Shown one piece after another: positions 8,714-17,576 of a stretch of DNA of 64,000 nucleotides. This stretch comes from a bacterium (GTDB taxonomy: Bacteria; Cyanobacteriota; Vampirovibrionia; Gastranaerophilales; JBAXKC01). The translations under genes were made by a program, and so were the position numbers. The notes under the pieces are model-generated. The model did no database searches, was not told the DNA's origin, and was given only the letters and a program-made list of their open reading frames with translations. The stretch is taken from positions 64,001 to 128,000 of the forward strand of contig JBAXKC010000002.1 of assembly GCA_037137535.1 (NCBI GenBank), written 5' to 3'. Position 1 is the first letter of the stretch. Every line of letters begins with the position of its first letter.

Positions 8714-9673
8714 ATGTCTAAAAAATATAATGTAAGCGCTACAGCATATAAGGTTTTAGCTTTGCTTAAATTGCTTTGCTCAGAGAACATGGATATGAAT
8801 AAACTAATACATGAGCTTGAAAAAGATATAAACATAGGAAAATATATATCTAAAGAAGTTATTATTAAATATATCGGAACATTGAGATTAGCAGATATTA
8901 AAATACAAAAACCTACAAAAATAAATGATTATTCCTATACAATTGAAAAAGCGATTACATTAATCAATTTGAGTCCAAGCGATATAAAAATATTTGCTAC
9001 ATTATATTTTATTAGTAAAAAACTATCACAAAAAAAAATAATCAAAAATACTGAATCACTACTTTCGACACTACTTAAGTTCCTACCTGCAGAACATAAT
9101 GAAATTTTCAAGAAGTATTTAAAAGAGCTAAGTGAAACAAAATACAAACATGAAATATTAGAAAAAGTAATTCCTGAAGAATTAACTCAAAAAATTGAAA
9201 AATTAGAAAAATTTTGCAATGAAGATATGAGAAGTCTGGTATCTTACTTGCTACCAAACTCAAATAAACAAATTGAACTTGTTTTTGAACCTAAATATAT
9301 CAAATATGAAAAAACATCTATTTATCTGGCTGGTTATAACTTCATAACAGGAGAAAAACAACTTTTAGATATAAAAAACATTGATGATATAAAACAACTA
9401 CCTGTTAAATCGAAGTATAATAATATTCTGTCCCCCATAATTTTCAAATTAAGAGGAAAAATAGCTCATTCATACAGAATTTATGAAGGAGAGAAAATAA
9501 CTGAGAAAAATGGTTTTAATAGTGAAATAACTGTTACATCTTATATAGAAGATAAAGATTTATTATTAAAACGACTTTTAAAATATGGTGATGCCTGTGA
9601 AATAATTTATCCAGCATATATTAGAGAAGAAGTAAAAAATATTCTTTTAAAGAGTTTAGCAAATTATAACTAA
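8714..9673 (+). CDS. WYL-domain transcriptional regulator (HTH-WYL-WCX), PafC-like
   Basis: Paralog of upstream gene; FEP..IYLAGYN..LLDIKNI, LLKYGDACEIIYP. Confidence 0.8.
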   Translation: MSKKYNVSATAYKVLALLKLLCSENMDMNKLIHELEKDINIGKYISKEVIIKYIGTLRLADIKIQKPTKINDYSYTIEKAITLINLSPSDIKIFATLYFISKKLSQKKIIKNTESLLSTLLKFLPAEHNEIFKKYLKELSETKYKHEILEKVIPEELTQKIEKLEKFCNEDMRSLVSYLLPNSNKQIELVFEPKYIKYEKTSIYLAGYNFITGEKQLLDIKNIDDIKQLPVKSKYNNILSPIIFKLRGKIAHSYRIYEGEKITEKNGFNSEITVTSYIEDKDLLLKRLLKYGDACEIIYPAYIREEVKNILLKSLANYN

Positions 9674-9676
9674 AAT

Positions 9677-9703
9677 CAAAGCCGGTAAAAATTACCGGCT
9701 TTG
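9677..9703. terminator. Bidirectional terminator between WYL pair and pilin
   Basis: CAAAGCCGGTAA-aaa-TTACCGGCTTTG perfect 12-bp stem. Confidence 0.8.
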
Positions 9704-9730
9704 TTAATTGATCAATTTTAATTTATTAGA

Positions 9731-10159
9731 CTAATTTCCCCCAAGACCTGTTAAGGAACCAGCTGTTGTTGGAGGTGCTACTTTTTTAACGCATTCTGTA
9801 GCAGTTGCAAGCTTACAACTTCCTTGAATAGCAACTAATCCATCATCACCTAAAGAGATACCTACTTGACCTAAAGTAGGCGTTGCACCTGCGGCATAAG
9901 CACTTCCAGTACCTGTAACAGGATTAACTGTACCTAAAGCCGCTAATGCTGTACGTGTAGCGGTAATAGCAGTAGCAGTATCAGCCTCTGTCGCAAATTT
10001 ACCTGATAATGTAGAAGCAGCGGAAGCAATATTTTGCTTAACAGCAGCGTCTTTTGATTTGTCTGTTGCATTTAATAAAGCAGGAGCAGCGATTAATGCT
10101 AAAACACCGAGAATAACAACAACGATTAATAATTCTAATAAAGTAAAACCTTTTTTCAT
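9731..10159 (-). CDS. Type IV pilin / prepilin-like protein
   Basis: Class III signal MKKG|FTLLELLIVVVILGVLALIAAP with E5; C-terminal Cys pair. Confidence 0.92.
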   Translation of the reverse strand: MKKGFTLLELLIVVVILGVLALIAAPALLNATDKSKDAAVKQNIASAASTLSGKFATEADTATAITATRTALAALGTVNPVTGTGSAYAAGATPTLGQVGISLGDDGLVAIQGSCKLATATECVKKVAPPTTAGSLTGLGGN

Positions 10160-10503
10160 TTTTGACCCTTTCGCAGATAAATTAAATACTACACAACACT
10201 AAACACTAAAACATATTTGACTTATAAGGTTAAACTCGTACCTCCTTTTTAAAATAAATTTTTAATTAACCTATTTATTATATATTTTTTTAAACCTTAT
10301 GGGAACAAGTATATATTTCCACTAATTTTATTAAATTAAACTCAATTACTATTAAATTGTTATATTTAGAAACAGTATTTCCGATATTTCAAAATTTCGC
10401 AAAAAATCATCAAAATACGGTATAAAAAAGAGATGAAATTTTGGAAAATAAAAAACATAATTGAGGTAAAATACTAACAAAGATATTTCTGGAGTACTAA
10501 AAA

Positions 10504-11718
10504 TTGATTGAAGATATAAAAAAATTTACAGCTGAAATAGAACAAGAAATTATAAATATAAGAAGACATCTGCACCAAAACCCCGAACTGTCGGGAGAAG
10601 AGCATAAAACAGCAGAATATATTTCAAATATCCTCACAAAAAACTCTATAAAACATGAGTTAACAGTTTTAGAAGCAGGCCCTGTTGTCATTGCTGAAAT
10701 ACATAAATCATCAGAGCTTAAAACTATTGCATTTAGAGCCGATATGGACGCTTTACCTCTAATTGAATGTACAGATAAACCTTATTGCTCAAAAGCACAC
10801 GGTGTTATGCATGCCTGCGGACATGATTTTAATGTAGCATCTGTATTAGGAACAGCAATTATTCTAAATAAAATAAAAGATAAAATAGACCTAAATATTA
10901 AATTTATATTTCAACCAAAAGAAGAAAAATCAGAAAGTGGCGCAAAAGCAATTGTTAAAGCAGGATTAATTAAAAATATTGATGCAATATGGGCAATACA
11001 TGCATATCCATGCCTTGAAGCGGGTAAAATAGGTATTAGATATGGAGTAACAACAGCATCAGCCGATATTTTCGAAATTGAAGTAATAGGAAAGGGCGGT
11101 CACTCTGCAAGACCTCATCAGTGCATTGATTCTATTTATATAATGAATAAAATAATTAATGACTTTTACTCAGAAATATCAAGAAAATTTGATCCAATAA
11201 AACCTGTTATTTTTACAGTCGGGCAAATAACAGGCGGAACTGCCGCGAATATTATTTCCGAAAAATGCAAATGCACAGGAACTGTAAGAACCTTTGAAGA
11301 AAGTATTCGTAAAGAACTCATGGTTTATATTAATAAAAAAGCATCAGAAACTGCTGCACTTTATGGTGCAACTACACATATAAATTGGACTTACGGCCCT
11401 CCTTCAGTAATTAATGACGAAAAACTCGCATCAATTACTGAAAAAACCGCGACAGAATTAATTGGAGCAAGCAATACGGTAATTCTAAATGAACCAAGCA
11501 TGGGAGCTGAAGATTTTGCATTATACTTAGAACAAACACCAGGGGTGCTGCTTAGAATTGGAACAGGTGGAAATGACTGCCATCATCCGCTTCATTCTTG
11601 TTACTTTGATATAAACGAACATAGCATACCCGTTACAATAAATCTTTTAAGCTTTATTGCTGTTTCTTACTCACTAAAATTTTCAAACACCGAAATTGCT
11701 ATACCTAACACTCAATAA
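10504..11718 (+). CDS. M20D family amidohydrolase
   Basis: RRHLHQNPELSGEE, FRADMDALP, MHACGHD, FQPKEE, GKGGH, MGAEDF. Confidence 0.93.
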   Translation: MIEDIKKFTAEIEQEIINIRRHLHQNPELSGEEHKTAEYISNILTKNSIKHELTVLEAGPVVIAEIHKSSELKTIAFRADMDALPLIECTDKPYCSKAHGVMHACGHDFNVASVLGTAIILNKIKDKIDLNIKFIFQPKEEKSESGAKAIVKAGLIKNIDAIWAIHAYPCLEAGKIGIRYGVTTASADIFEIEVIGKGGHSARPHQCIDSIYIMNKIINDFYSEISRKFDPIKPVIFTVGQITGGTAANIISEKCKCTGTVRTFEESIRKELMVYINKKASETAALYGATTHINWTYGPPSVINDEKLASITEKTATELIGASNTVILNEPSMGAEDFALYLEQTPGVLLRIGTGGNDCHHPLHSCYFDINEHSIPVTINLLSFIAVSYSLKFSNTEIAIPNTQ

Positions 11719-11726
11719 CTTTAATA

Positions 11727-11900
11727 CTACATATCCTCAGGTAAATAAAAACATGATTTTGCTAAGGCATCTCTGACTTCATCATATGTATACTCTTTAC
11801 AGTTACATCTTTGCTGATACATTGTAACAATCATTAAGATATCATCTGTTGTAAGTCTAATTGCCCTTCTACCATTCGGATTATCTATGATTCTAGCCAT
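11727..11900 (-). CDS. Small 57-aa hypothetical protein, not in the ORF track
   Basis: ATG..TAG frame MARIIDNPNGRRAIRLTTDDILMIVTMYQQRCNCKEYTYDEVRDALAKSCFYLPEDM; GGAG upstream; sigma28-like promoter. Confidence 0.7.
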   Translation of the reverse strand: MARIIDNPNGRRAIRLTTDDILMIVTMYQQRCNCKEYTYDEVRDALAKSCFYLPEDM

Positions 11901-11940
11901 AGTTTTTTTGTACTCCGGCTCAATATTACCTCACCATGGT

Positions 11941-11967
11941 CATTCGGCAATTTTTATCAAACCTTTA
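11941..11967 (-). promoter_or_regulatory. Sigma28 (FliA/SigD)-like promoter
   Basis: Minus strand reads TAAA-N15-GCCGAATG versus consensus TAAA-N15-GCCGATAA. Confidence 0.55.
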
Positions 11968-12160
11968 ATATTTTTTTTGTTTCTATTAACAATTATTAAC
12001 ATTTATGCTGAAATTATCAAAGATTAATAGCCCTAAATGAAATGATAGCTTTAAAATACAGTAATATATGATTCTAACTTGTTAATATTGTAGACTCAGA
12101 AAAATCAACTATGCATCTTTTAGTTGCGACATCGTAAAGTTATTAAAGACTAAGCCAAAA

Positions 12161-12219
12161 ATAGTTAACCAATACCCCTAGTTTAGTAATAAAACTAAAC
12201 TAGGGGTATCCATAGTTAA
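12161..12219. repeat. Perfect 16-bp inverted repeat flanked by 8-bp direct repeats
   Basis: ATACCCCTAGTTTAGT-aataaa-ACTAAACTAGGGGTAT (12172-12209); ATAGTTAA at 12161-12168 and 12212-12219. Confidence 0.85.
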
Positions 12220-12247
12220 TTATTAAATTGATATAATACTGAAAATT

Positions 12248-12937
12248 TTAAGCAGCATTATTAAACCTATAACCCATACCATATATAGTTTCAATGTTTT
12301 TACCATAAGAACCTATTTTTTTTCTCAATCTAGCGAGCATAACGTCAATTGAGCGATCGTTGACAATAGCATCATCACCTTTTATTTCTTCTAAAAGTTG
12401 GTTTCTTGTATAAACTCTATTAACATTACACACTAAAAAGTACAAAAGACGAAATTCAGATGAAGTTAAACTGATTTTTTTATTTTTAATTCTTACTTCA
12501 AAAGTATCAGCACAAATACAAAGGTCTTTAATAGCTATTGCTGACTTGTTTAATCGATCTATACAACTTTTTCTAATTGCACAATTTACCCTTGCCGCTA
12601 AAATCTTCATATTAAAAGGCTTAGTAACATAATCATCCACACCAAAGTTAAAAGCATTAATTATATCATGTTCATGACAACGAGAAGAAACCACAATAAC
12701 AGGAATGTTTGAACATTTGTTATTATTTTTTACCATGTGACAAAAGTCATAACCATTTACTCCAGGTAACATTAAATCAACTAAGATACAATCAGGTCTT
12801 TGCAATTGTAAAGTATCAAAAGCTTCATAACAATCATTAAAACAATGCGTTTTAAACCCTTCTTTAGTAAGACTGCAAGACAAAAGTCCAGACAAATCTT
12901 CTTCATCTTGAATAATAAAAAGATTTTTTGCCTTCAT
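12248..12937 (-). CDS. OmpR/PhoB-family response regulator with no adjacent kinase
   Basis: REC domain (DLMLPG, DDYVTKPF) plus wHTH (LTSSEFRLL, RSIDV..RLRKKI, IETIYGMGY). Confidence 0.93.
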   Translation of the reverse strand: MKAKNLFIIQDEEDLSGLLSCSLTKEGFKTHCFNDCYEAFDTLQLQRPDCILVDLMLPGVNGYDFCHMVKNNNKCSNIPVIVVSSRCHEHDIINAFNFGVDDYVTKPFNMKILAARVNCAIRKSCIDRLNKSAIAIKDLCICADTFEVRIKNKKISLTSSEFRLLYFLVCNVNRVYTRNQLLEEIKGDDAIVNDRSIDVMLARLRKKIGSYGKNIETIYGMGYRFNNAA

Positions 12938-13269
12938 AACAATTAACGCTCCACTATGTTTGTATTTTTATTCTAAACTTAATTTCAATTCATCTGGCAA
13001 TAGATATAAATTTAGTTTAGCAAATTAAAACCATAAATGACATAACATATTTTCGGTTTTACATATTTTACAAAGATTTACAAGTAACTAATATACAACT
13101 CATAGTGATATGACAATACCTATAAACAGCTTTAAACAAGGAATCTATCCAAATCAAACAATTTAAGACATGTAAAAGCAAGCAAACAAGAATATTAATA
13201 CTTATATACCAGATTGTAATAAAATGCCAAGAATTGTCTTACAGAGGTTTATCTTCTAAATATCTAGGC

Positions 13270-13542
13270 TTATTGAACATTTTTAGGTCTGGGCTTTTTA
13301 ATTACCAAAATCAATCCACTTACAATCATAGAAAATAAACAAAAACCGACAAATAAAGGATAAATTTTTTGCAAACCAAAGATTTCCATTGTATGAATAC
13401 TTATTAAAAAATCAGCAAATTTTTCATTACCAAAGTAATCTTCAGAAATAACAGCTCCCATACCTGTAATAAGAGTTAATAACACTGGTATTGCGCAAAT
13501 CACGCCAAGTGTAATATGTACTTTTCTAGCATTTTTTTTCAT
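13270..13542 (-). CDS. Small PepSY-associated TM-like membrane protein
   Basis: RKVH..G....P......TG pattern, LISIH, two hydrophobic helices. Confidence 0.65.
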   Translation of the reverse strand: MKKNARKVHITLGVICAIPVLLTLITGMGAVISEDYFGNEKFADFLISIHTMEIFGLQKIYPLFVGFCLFSMIVSGLILVIKKPRPKNVQ

Positions 13543-13728
13543 AATATTTTCTCATCCGGTATTATCAAAGTTAAACAAACTAATTATATCATTTACAATT
13601 ATAAGAAAAAGATATTAAATTTGACATTCTATAGATAAAAAATATAAACAAAATACTGATTATAATAATCTAAAAGCATACTAAAATAACGATAAACTCT
13701 CCTTAAAAAATTTAGGAGTTTAAAACAA

Positions 13729-14421
13729 ATGACAATAAAAAAAATAACCGATAAACTTTTAAATCTTGATAATTTTATCACTATAACATTGATTGGTGTG
13801 TCATTATTTAACTTTGTAAGCACTACAATAGAAGTGATAATTAATAAAAAACTTACCTTTTACGATTCAGCAATAGTAAAATCTTTGAATGTTACAGCTT
13901 CAGAACATTCTGATAAATTTGCAATATTTATAACAAATTTTGGTGGAATCCTAACCAGTACAATTATAATAATTCTATTAATTACAATACTTCTTTATTA
14001 TCGCAAATATAAAGACAGCTTGTTTATTATCATGGTTACAAGTGGCGGATATATTTTATTTAATAGCTTAAAACTAATAATAAACAGAGAAAGACCTATT
14101 GTTAATACATCTTTAATTGAAGCATCGGGATACAGCTACCCATCGGGACATGCAACTATATCAACGTGTTTATACGGAGCTTTGATTTACTTAACTTATA
14201 AATATATTAAAAATACACATGTGAAAATCATAATTATATTAATATTAAGCATCCTTATTTTATTAATTGGAGCAAGTAGAGTTTATTTAGGTGTTCATTA
14301 TCCCTCTGATGTTTTTGCAGGAATAAACCTAGGAATATTTTGGCTTAGCTTAAATATTTATATATATAAACATATTAATCAGAAACAAATAATAAAAATA
14401 AAAAAACTCACAGAATTTTAA
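13729..14421 (+). CDS. PAP2-family membrane phosphatase
   Basis: K.....RERP, SYPSGH, SRVYLGVHYPSDV. Confidence 0.93.
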   Translation: MTIKKITDKLLNLDNFITITLIGVSLFNFVSTTIEVIINKKLTFYDSAIVKSLNVTASEHSDKFAIFITNFGGILTSTIIIILLITILLYYRKYKDSLFIIMVTSGGYILFNSLKLIINRERPIVNTSLIEASGYSYPSGHATISTCLYGALIYLTYKYIKNTHVKIIIILILSILILLIGASRVYLGVHYPSDVFAGINLGIFWLSLNIYIYKHINQKQIIKIKKLTEF

Positions 14422-14435
14422 TCTGTGAGTTTTTT
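14401..14435. terminator. Bidirectional terminator
   Basis: AAAAAACTCACAGA / TCTGTGAGTTTTTT. Confidence 0.75.
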
Positions 14436-14453
14436 AAAATATAAAGTTAATAA

Positions 14454-15737
14454 TTAAGCATTTAATAATGAAGCAACGTTTAAAGCTTGTTCCAGATCAG
14501 CAATTATATCTTTTATGTCTTCAATACCGATTGATAGACGAATATAATCGCTAGTCACACCGGATGATACTCTTTCTTCTTCTGTAAGCTGTTGATGTGT
14601 AGTGCTTGCAGGATGAATAACTAAAGATTTTACATCACCGATATTTGCAACATGTGAAAGAAGCTTTAAGTTATCAATAAACTTAATAGCAGACTCTTTT
14701 CCGCCTTTTATTCCAAATCCAATTAATGCTCCCTGACCATTTGGTAGATATTTTTGAGCTAATTCATAATTTTCATTTTCTTCTAAGCCCGAATAGTTTA
14801 CCCAACTGACATTTTTATTAGAACTCAAGTATTTTGCAACAGCCAAAGCGTTTTCACAATGTCGTTGAAGCCTTACATGGAGAGTTTCAATTCCTTGTAT
14901 TATCATGAATGCATTAAAAGGACTGATTGCGGAGCCTACATCTCTTAATAATTGAACCCTAGCTTTAATAATATAAGCTAAATTACCAAAATCTCTTGAA
15001 TAAACAACACCATGGTAACTATCATCAGTTTCAGTAAATTCAGGAAATTTACCAGATCCTGCCCAATCAAATTTTCCTGAATCAACAATAATACCGCCAA
15101 TAGAAGTACCATGTCCGCCTAAAAACTTAGTCGCCGAATGTACTACAATATCAGCCCCAAAATCAATTGGTCTTAGAAGATACGGCGTAGCGACAGTATT
15201 ATCTACGATTAATGGTATATTATGACTATGAGCAATATCCGCAAGCTTTTCTATATCTGCTATTGCAAGCTTAGGATTTCCAATTGATTCAGTATAAAGA
15301 AGTTTAGTATTTTCATTAATAGCTTCTTCAAAAGCCTCATGATCTCCAGGTTCAATAAATTTAACATTGATACCAAGTCTTTTTAAAGTATGTGAAAAAA
15401 GATTATAAGTTCCACCATAAAGAGCAGAGGAAGCGACAATTTCATCTCCAGGTTTTGCTATATTTAAAATTGCATAAGTAATAGCTGATTGCCCTGATGC
15501 CACAGCTAAAGCTGCAACTCCGCCTTCAAGCTGAGCTACCCTTTTTTCTAAAACATCAGTTGTAGGATTCATTAACCTTGTATAAATATTACCAAACTTT
15601 TTTAATGCAAATAAATCAGCTGCATCTTGAGTGTCTTCGAAAACATAAGAAGTTGTCTGATAAATGGGAACAGCTCTTGAATGAGTGGTAGCGTCAACTT
15701 CCTGTCCACCATGAAGTGCAACTGTATTTAATTCCAT
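14454..15737 (-). CDS. metY: O-acetylhomoserine/O-acetylserine sulfhydrylase
   Basis: [30 protein letters not shown] (PLP lysine), [18 protein letters not shown]. Confidence 0.93.
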   Translation of the reverse strand: MELNTVALHGGQEVDATTHSRAVPIYQTTSYVFEDTQDAADLFALKKFGNIYTRLMNPTTDVLEKRVAQLEGGVAALAVASGQSAITYAILNIAKPGDEIVASSALYGGTYNLFSHTLKRLGINVKFIEPGDHEAFEEAINENTKLLYTESIGNPKLAIADIEKLADIAHSHNIPLIVDNTVATPYLLRPIDFGADIVVHSATKFLGGHGTSIGGIIVDSGKFDWAGSGKFPEFTETDDSYHGVVYSRDFGNLAYIIKARVQLLRDVGSAISPFNAFMIIQGIETLHVRLQRHCENALAVAKYLSSNKNVSWVNYSGLEENENYELAQKYLPNGQGALIGFGIKGGKESAIKFIDNLKLLSHVANIGDVKSLVIHPASTTHQQLTEEERVSSGVTSDYIRLSIGIEDIKDIIADLEQALNVASLLNA

Positions 15738-15824
15738 TATTTTCTCCTTTTCAAAATAAATTCTTACAAGGTTATAAACTTAAATAGTTTTCTAACAAAA
15801 TTTAACAATAATAATTTCTGCGAT

Positions 15825-15852
15825 TTGAATTTTATTCGGTTTCCCGTATAAT
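15825..15852 (+). promoter_or_regulatory. Promoter of DtxR-family gene with overlapping palindrome
   Basis: TTGAAT-16-TATAAT; TTATTCGG-tttc-CCGTATAA (7/8 palindrome) at 15832-15851. Confidence 0.5.
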
Positions 15853-15904
15853 GTTTATATAAAAAAATATTCGTCTCGTCAATAGAGTAGAGGTAAATTT
15901 ATTC

Positions 15905-16435
15905 ATGAAAAGAACTAAAACACTTACAGCAAGCTTAGAAAACTACATTAAAGCAATATACAACATTATGAAAACAAAACCAGCTGCACGAGTTAAAGAC
16001 GTAGCGGCAAGCTTAGGAATAGGCGCTTCATCAGTATCAGAAGCTCTAAAAAACCTAGCCGAAAAAGGAATGGTAAACTATGAACCATACGGATTTATAA
16101 CTTTAACCGATGAAGGCAATAAAATAGCGCAAGAACTTGCCCAAAGACACAATATTATAAAAAACTTTTTTGAAAACGTACTTGTATTACCTTCAGAATT
16201 AGCAGAAGAAAGCTCAAAAGAAATTGAACACAGAATGGCAGAAGAAGTTCTTGAAAAATTTATTATGTTTCTCGAATTCATGTCAAGCTGCTCATGCAAA
16301 GAACCTAAATGGATGAAAAGTTTCAAAGAATTCTCTTCAAATAATGGAAGATTAAGCGATAAATGCACAAGGTGCATCGAAGCAAAAAAGAATAACCCTA
16401 AATTAAGCAACAGCCAATGTTGCGGAATGTCATAG
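15905..16435 (+). CDS. DtxR/MntR-family metal-dependent regulator with Cys-rich tail
   Basis: SLENYIKAIY, ARVKDVA..LG....SVSEALKNL, YEPYG.ITLT.EG, RH, EIEH. Confidence 0.9.
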   Translation: MKRTKTLTASLENYIKAIYNIMKTKPAARVKDVAASLGIGASSVSEALKNLAEKGMVNYEPYGFITLTDEGNKIAQELAQRHNIIKNFFENVLVLPSELAEESSKEIEHRMAEEVLEKFIMFLEFMSSCSCKEPKWMKSFKEFSSNNGRLSDKCTRCIEAKKNNPKLSNSQCCGMS

Positions 16436-16448
16436 AAAAACCAATTAA

Positions 16449-17402
16449 TTAAACTTCAGATTTTTCTATATTAGATAATTCTTTAATAAAAATTGGCGGA
16501 TCATTTTTTGGCACATCATTTGAATATGCAGCAAAAGTTTCAAAGAGATTTTTATCATGTTCAAATAATTGCGTATAATTTTCTTTTGGTTTATCTCCTA
16601 AATACTCATGAATTAAGGTTTCAGTAAATCTTCCACTTTTTTGAAATCTATTTATTGCTCTTTGAGCTGCAACATCTTTATCAACTTCAACAAAACGTAA
16701 GTGAACTTTATAACCTTTATCTTTTGCAGTTTGAGCAAGTTGCTTCACATCCTCATAAACTGTCCCGATATTTGGCATGACCAAATTAAATCTACTCTCT
16801 AAAGCCTTATTAAAGGCAAGATGAATAATATCATCAGCTTCATCGCACACAACATAATTAGCTTTACCATTTTTATATTCGGGCAAAAATTCCTTTGCAT
16901 CATCCTTATCAAGAACAACAGCTTTAATTTTTTTTAGTAATGGTTTCTCTATAACAGAAGATTTACCTGATCCGGGCAACCCCATAGTAATATAAAGCTC
17001 TGGGTCTATACCAGATTTAACCGGAGTAGCATCTTTTAATAATTTTTTTACTACATCTAGTCTTAATAGTTTTCTCTCTTCAGTCTGAATTAAATCGGTA
17101 GATATAACACCAAATTTTTCTTGCAAAGAATGTTGTGCATTTAATTGATCAATTCTAGCAGCTAAAACACGTTCGGTGTCATATTTTGTCAAATGCACTT
17201 TTAAAGGACTAAGTTTAATAACTAAATTTTTATATAACCCTTTTATTACATGTTTTAAACCAGTAAAATTTTGCTCTTTATTTTTAACAAAACAGTCATT
17301 TTCATAAAACCCACTTGAAATTTTAGGACTATGATTTCTGCTCATAGAAATATTTACAGTATTAACAAATTGATAAGAATTAACATTGATTAACTTAATC
17401 AT
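16449..17402 (-). CDS. Zeta-toxin-like P-loop kinase with N-terminal low-complexity extension
   Basis: Walker A MGLPGSGKSS, DKDDAKEFLPEY, GYKVHLRFV, A.QRA..RF..SGRF. Confidence 0.75.
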   Translation of the reverse strand: MIKLINVNSYQFVNTVNISMSRNHSPKISSGFYENDCFVKNKEQNFTGLKHVIKGLYKNLVIKLSPLKVHLTKYDTERVLAARIDQLNAQHSLQEKFGVISTDLIQTEERKLLRLDVVKKLLKDATPVKSGIDPELYITMGLPGSGKSSVIEKPLLKKIKAVVLDKDDAKEFLPEYKNGKANYVVCDEADDIIHLAFNKALESRFNLVMPNIGTVYEDVKQLAQTAKDKGYKVHLRFVEVDKDVAAQRAINRFQKSGRFTETLIHEYLGDKPKENYTQLFEHDKNLFETFAAYSNDVPKNDPPIFIKELSNIEKSEV

Positions 17403-17513
17403 AAGATCTTATACCCCACTATATATAAGATTAATATCTTAATGTAAAAATGAAATTAAGGTTGTAAATTTTTATTTATTTTATAATTCAAATTAACATA
17501 CTATATATGATAA

Positions 17514-17542
17514 AAGAGATTAGAAAAAACATCTAATCTCTT
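17514..17542 (-). terminator. Terminator after upp
   Basis: AAGAGATTAGA / TCTAATCTCTT inverted repeat. Confidence 0.6.
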
Positions 17543-17576
17543 AAACTTATTAATATTAGGTTATTTAGAATCTCAA

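Noticed and set aside
7748-9673. WYL genes as markers of a nearby CRISPR-Cas or defence island
   Set aside because: No cas, BREX, CBASS or restriction genes and no array in the window.
13694-13721. Hairpin covering the PAP2 gene RBS (possible RNA thermometer)
   Set aside because: Only a short CTCCT/AGGAG stem; too weak to support a call.
15738-15904. Possible SAM riboswitch or T-box upstream of metY
   Set aside because: Short, very AT-rich spacer with no SAM-I core or T-box motif and no terminator.
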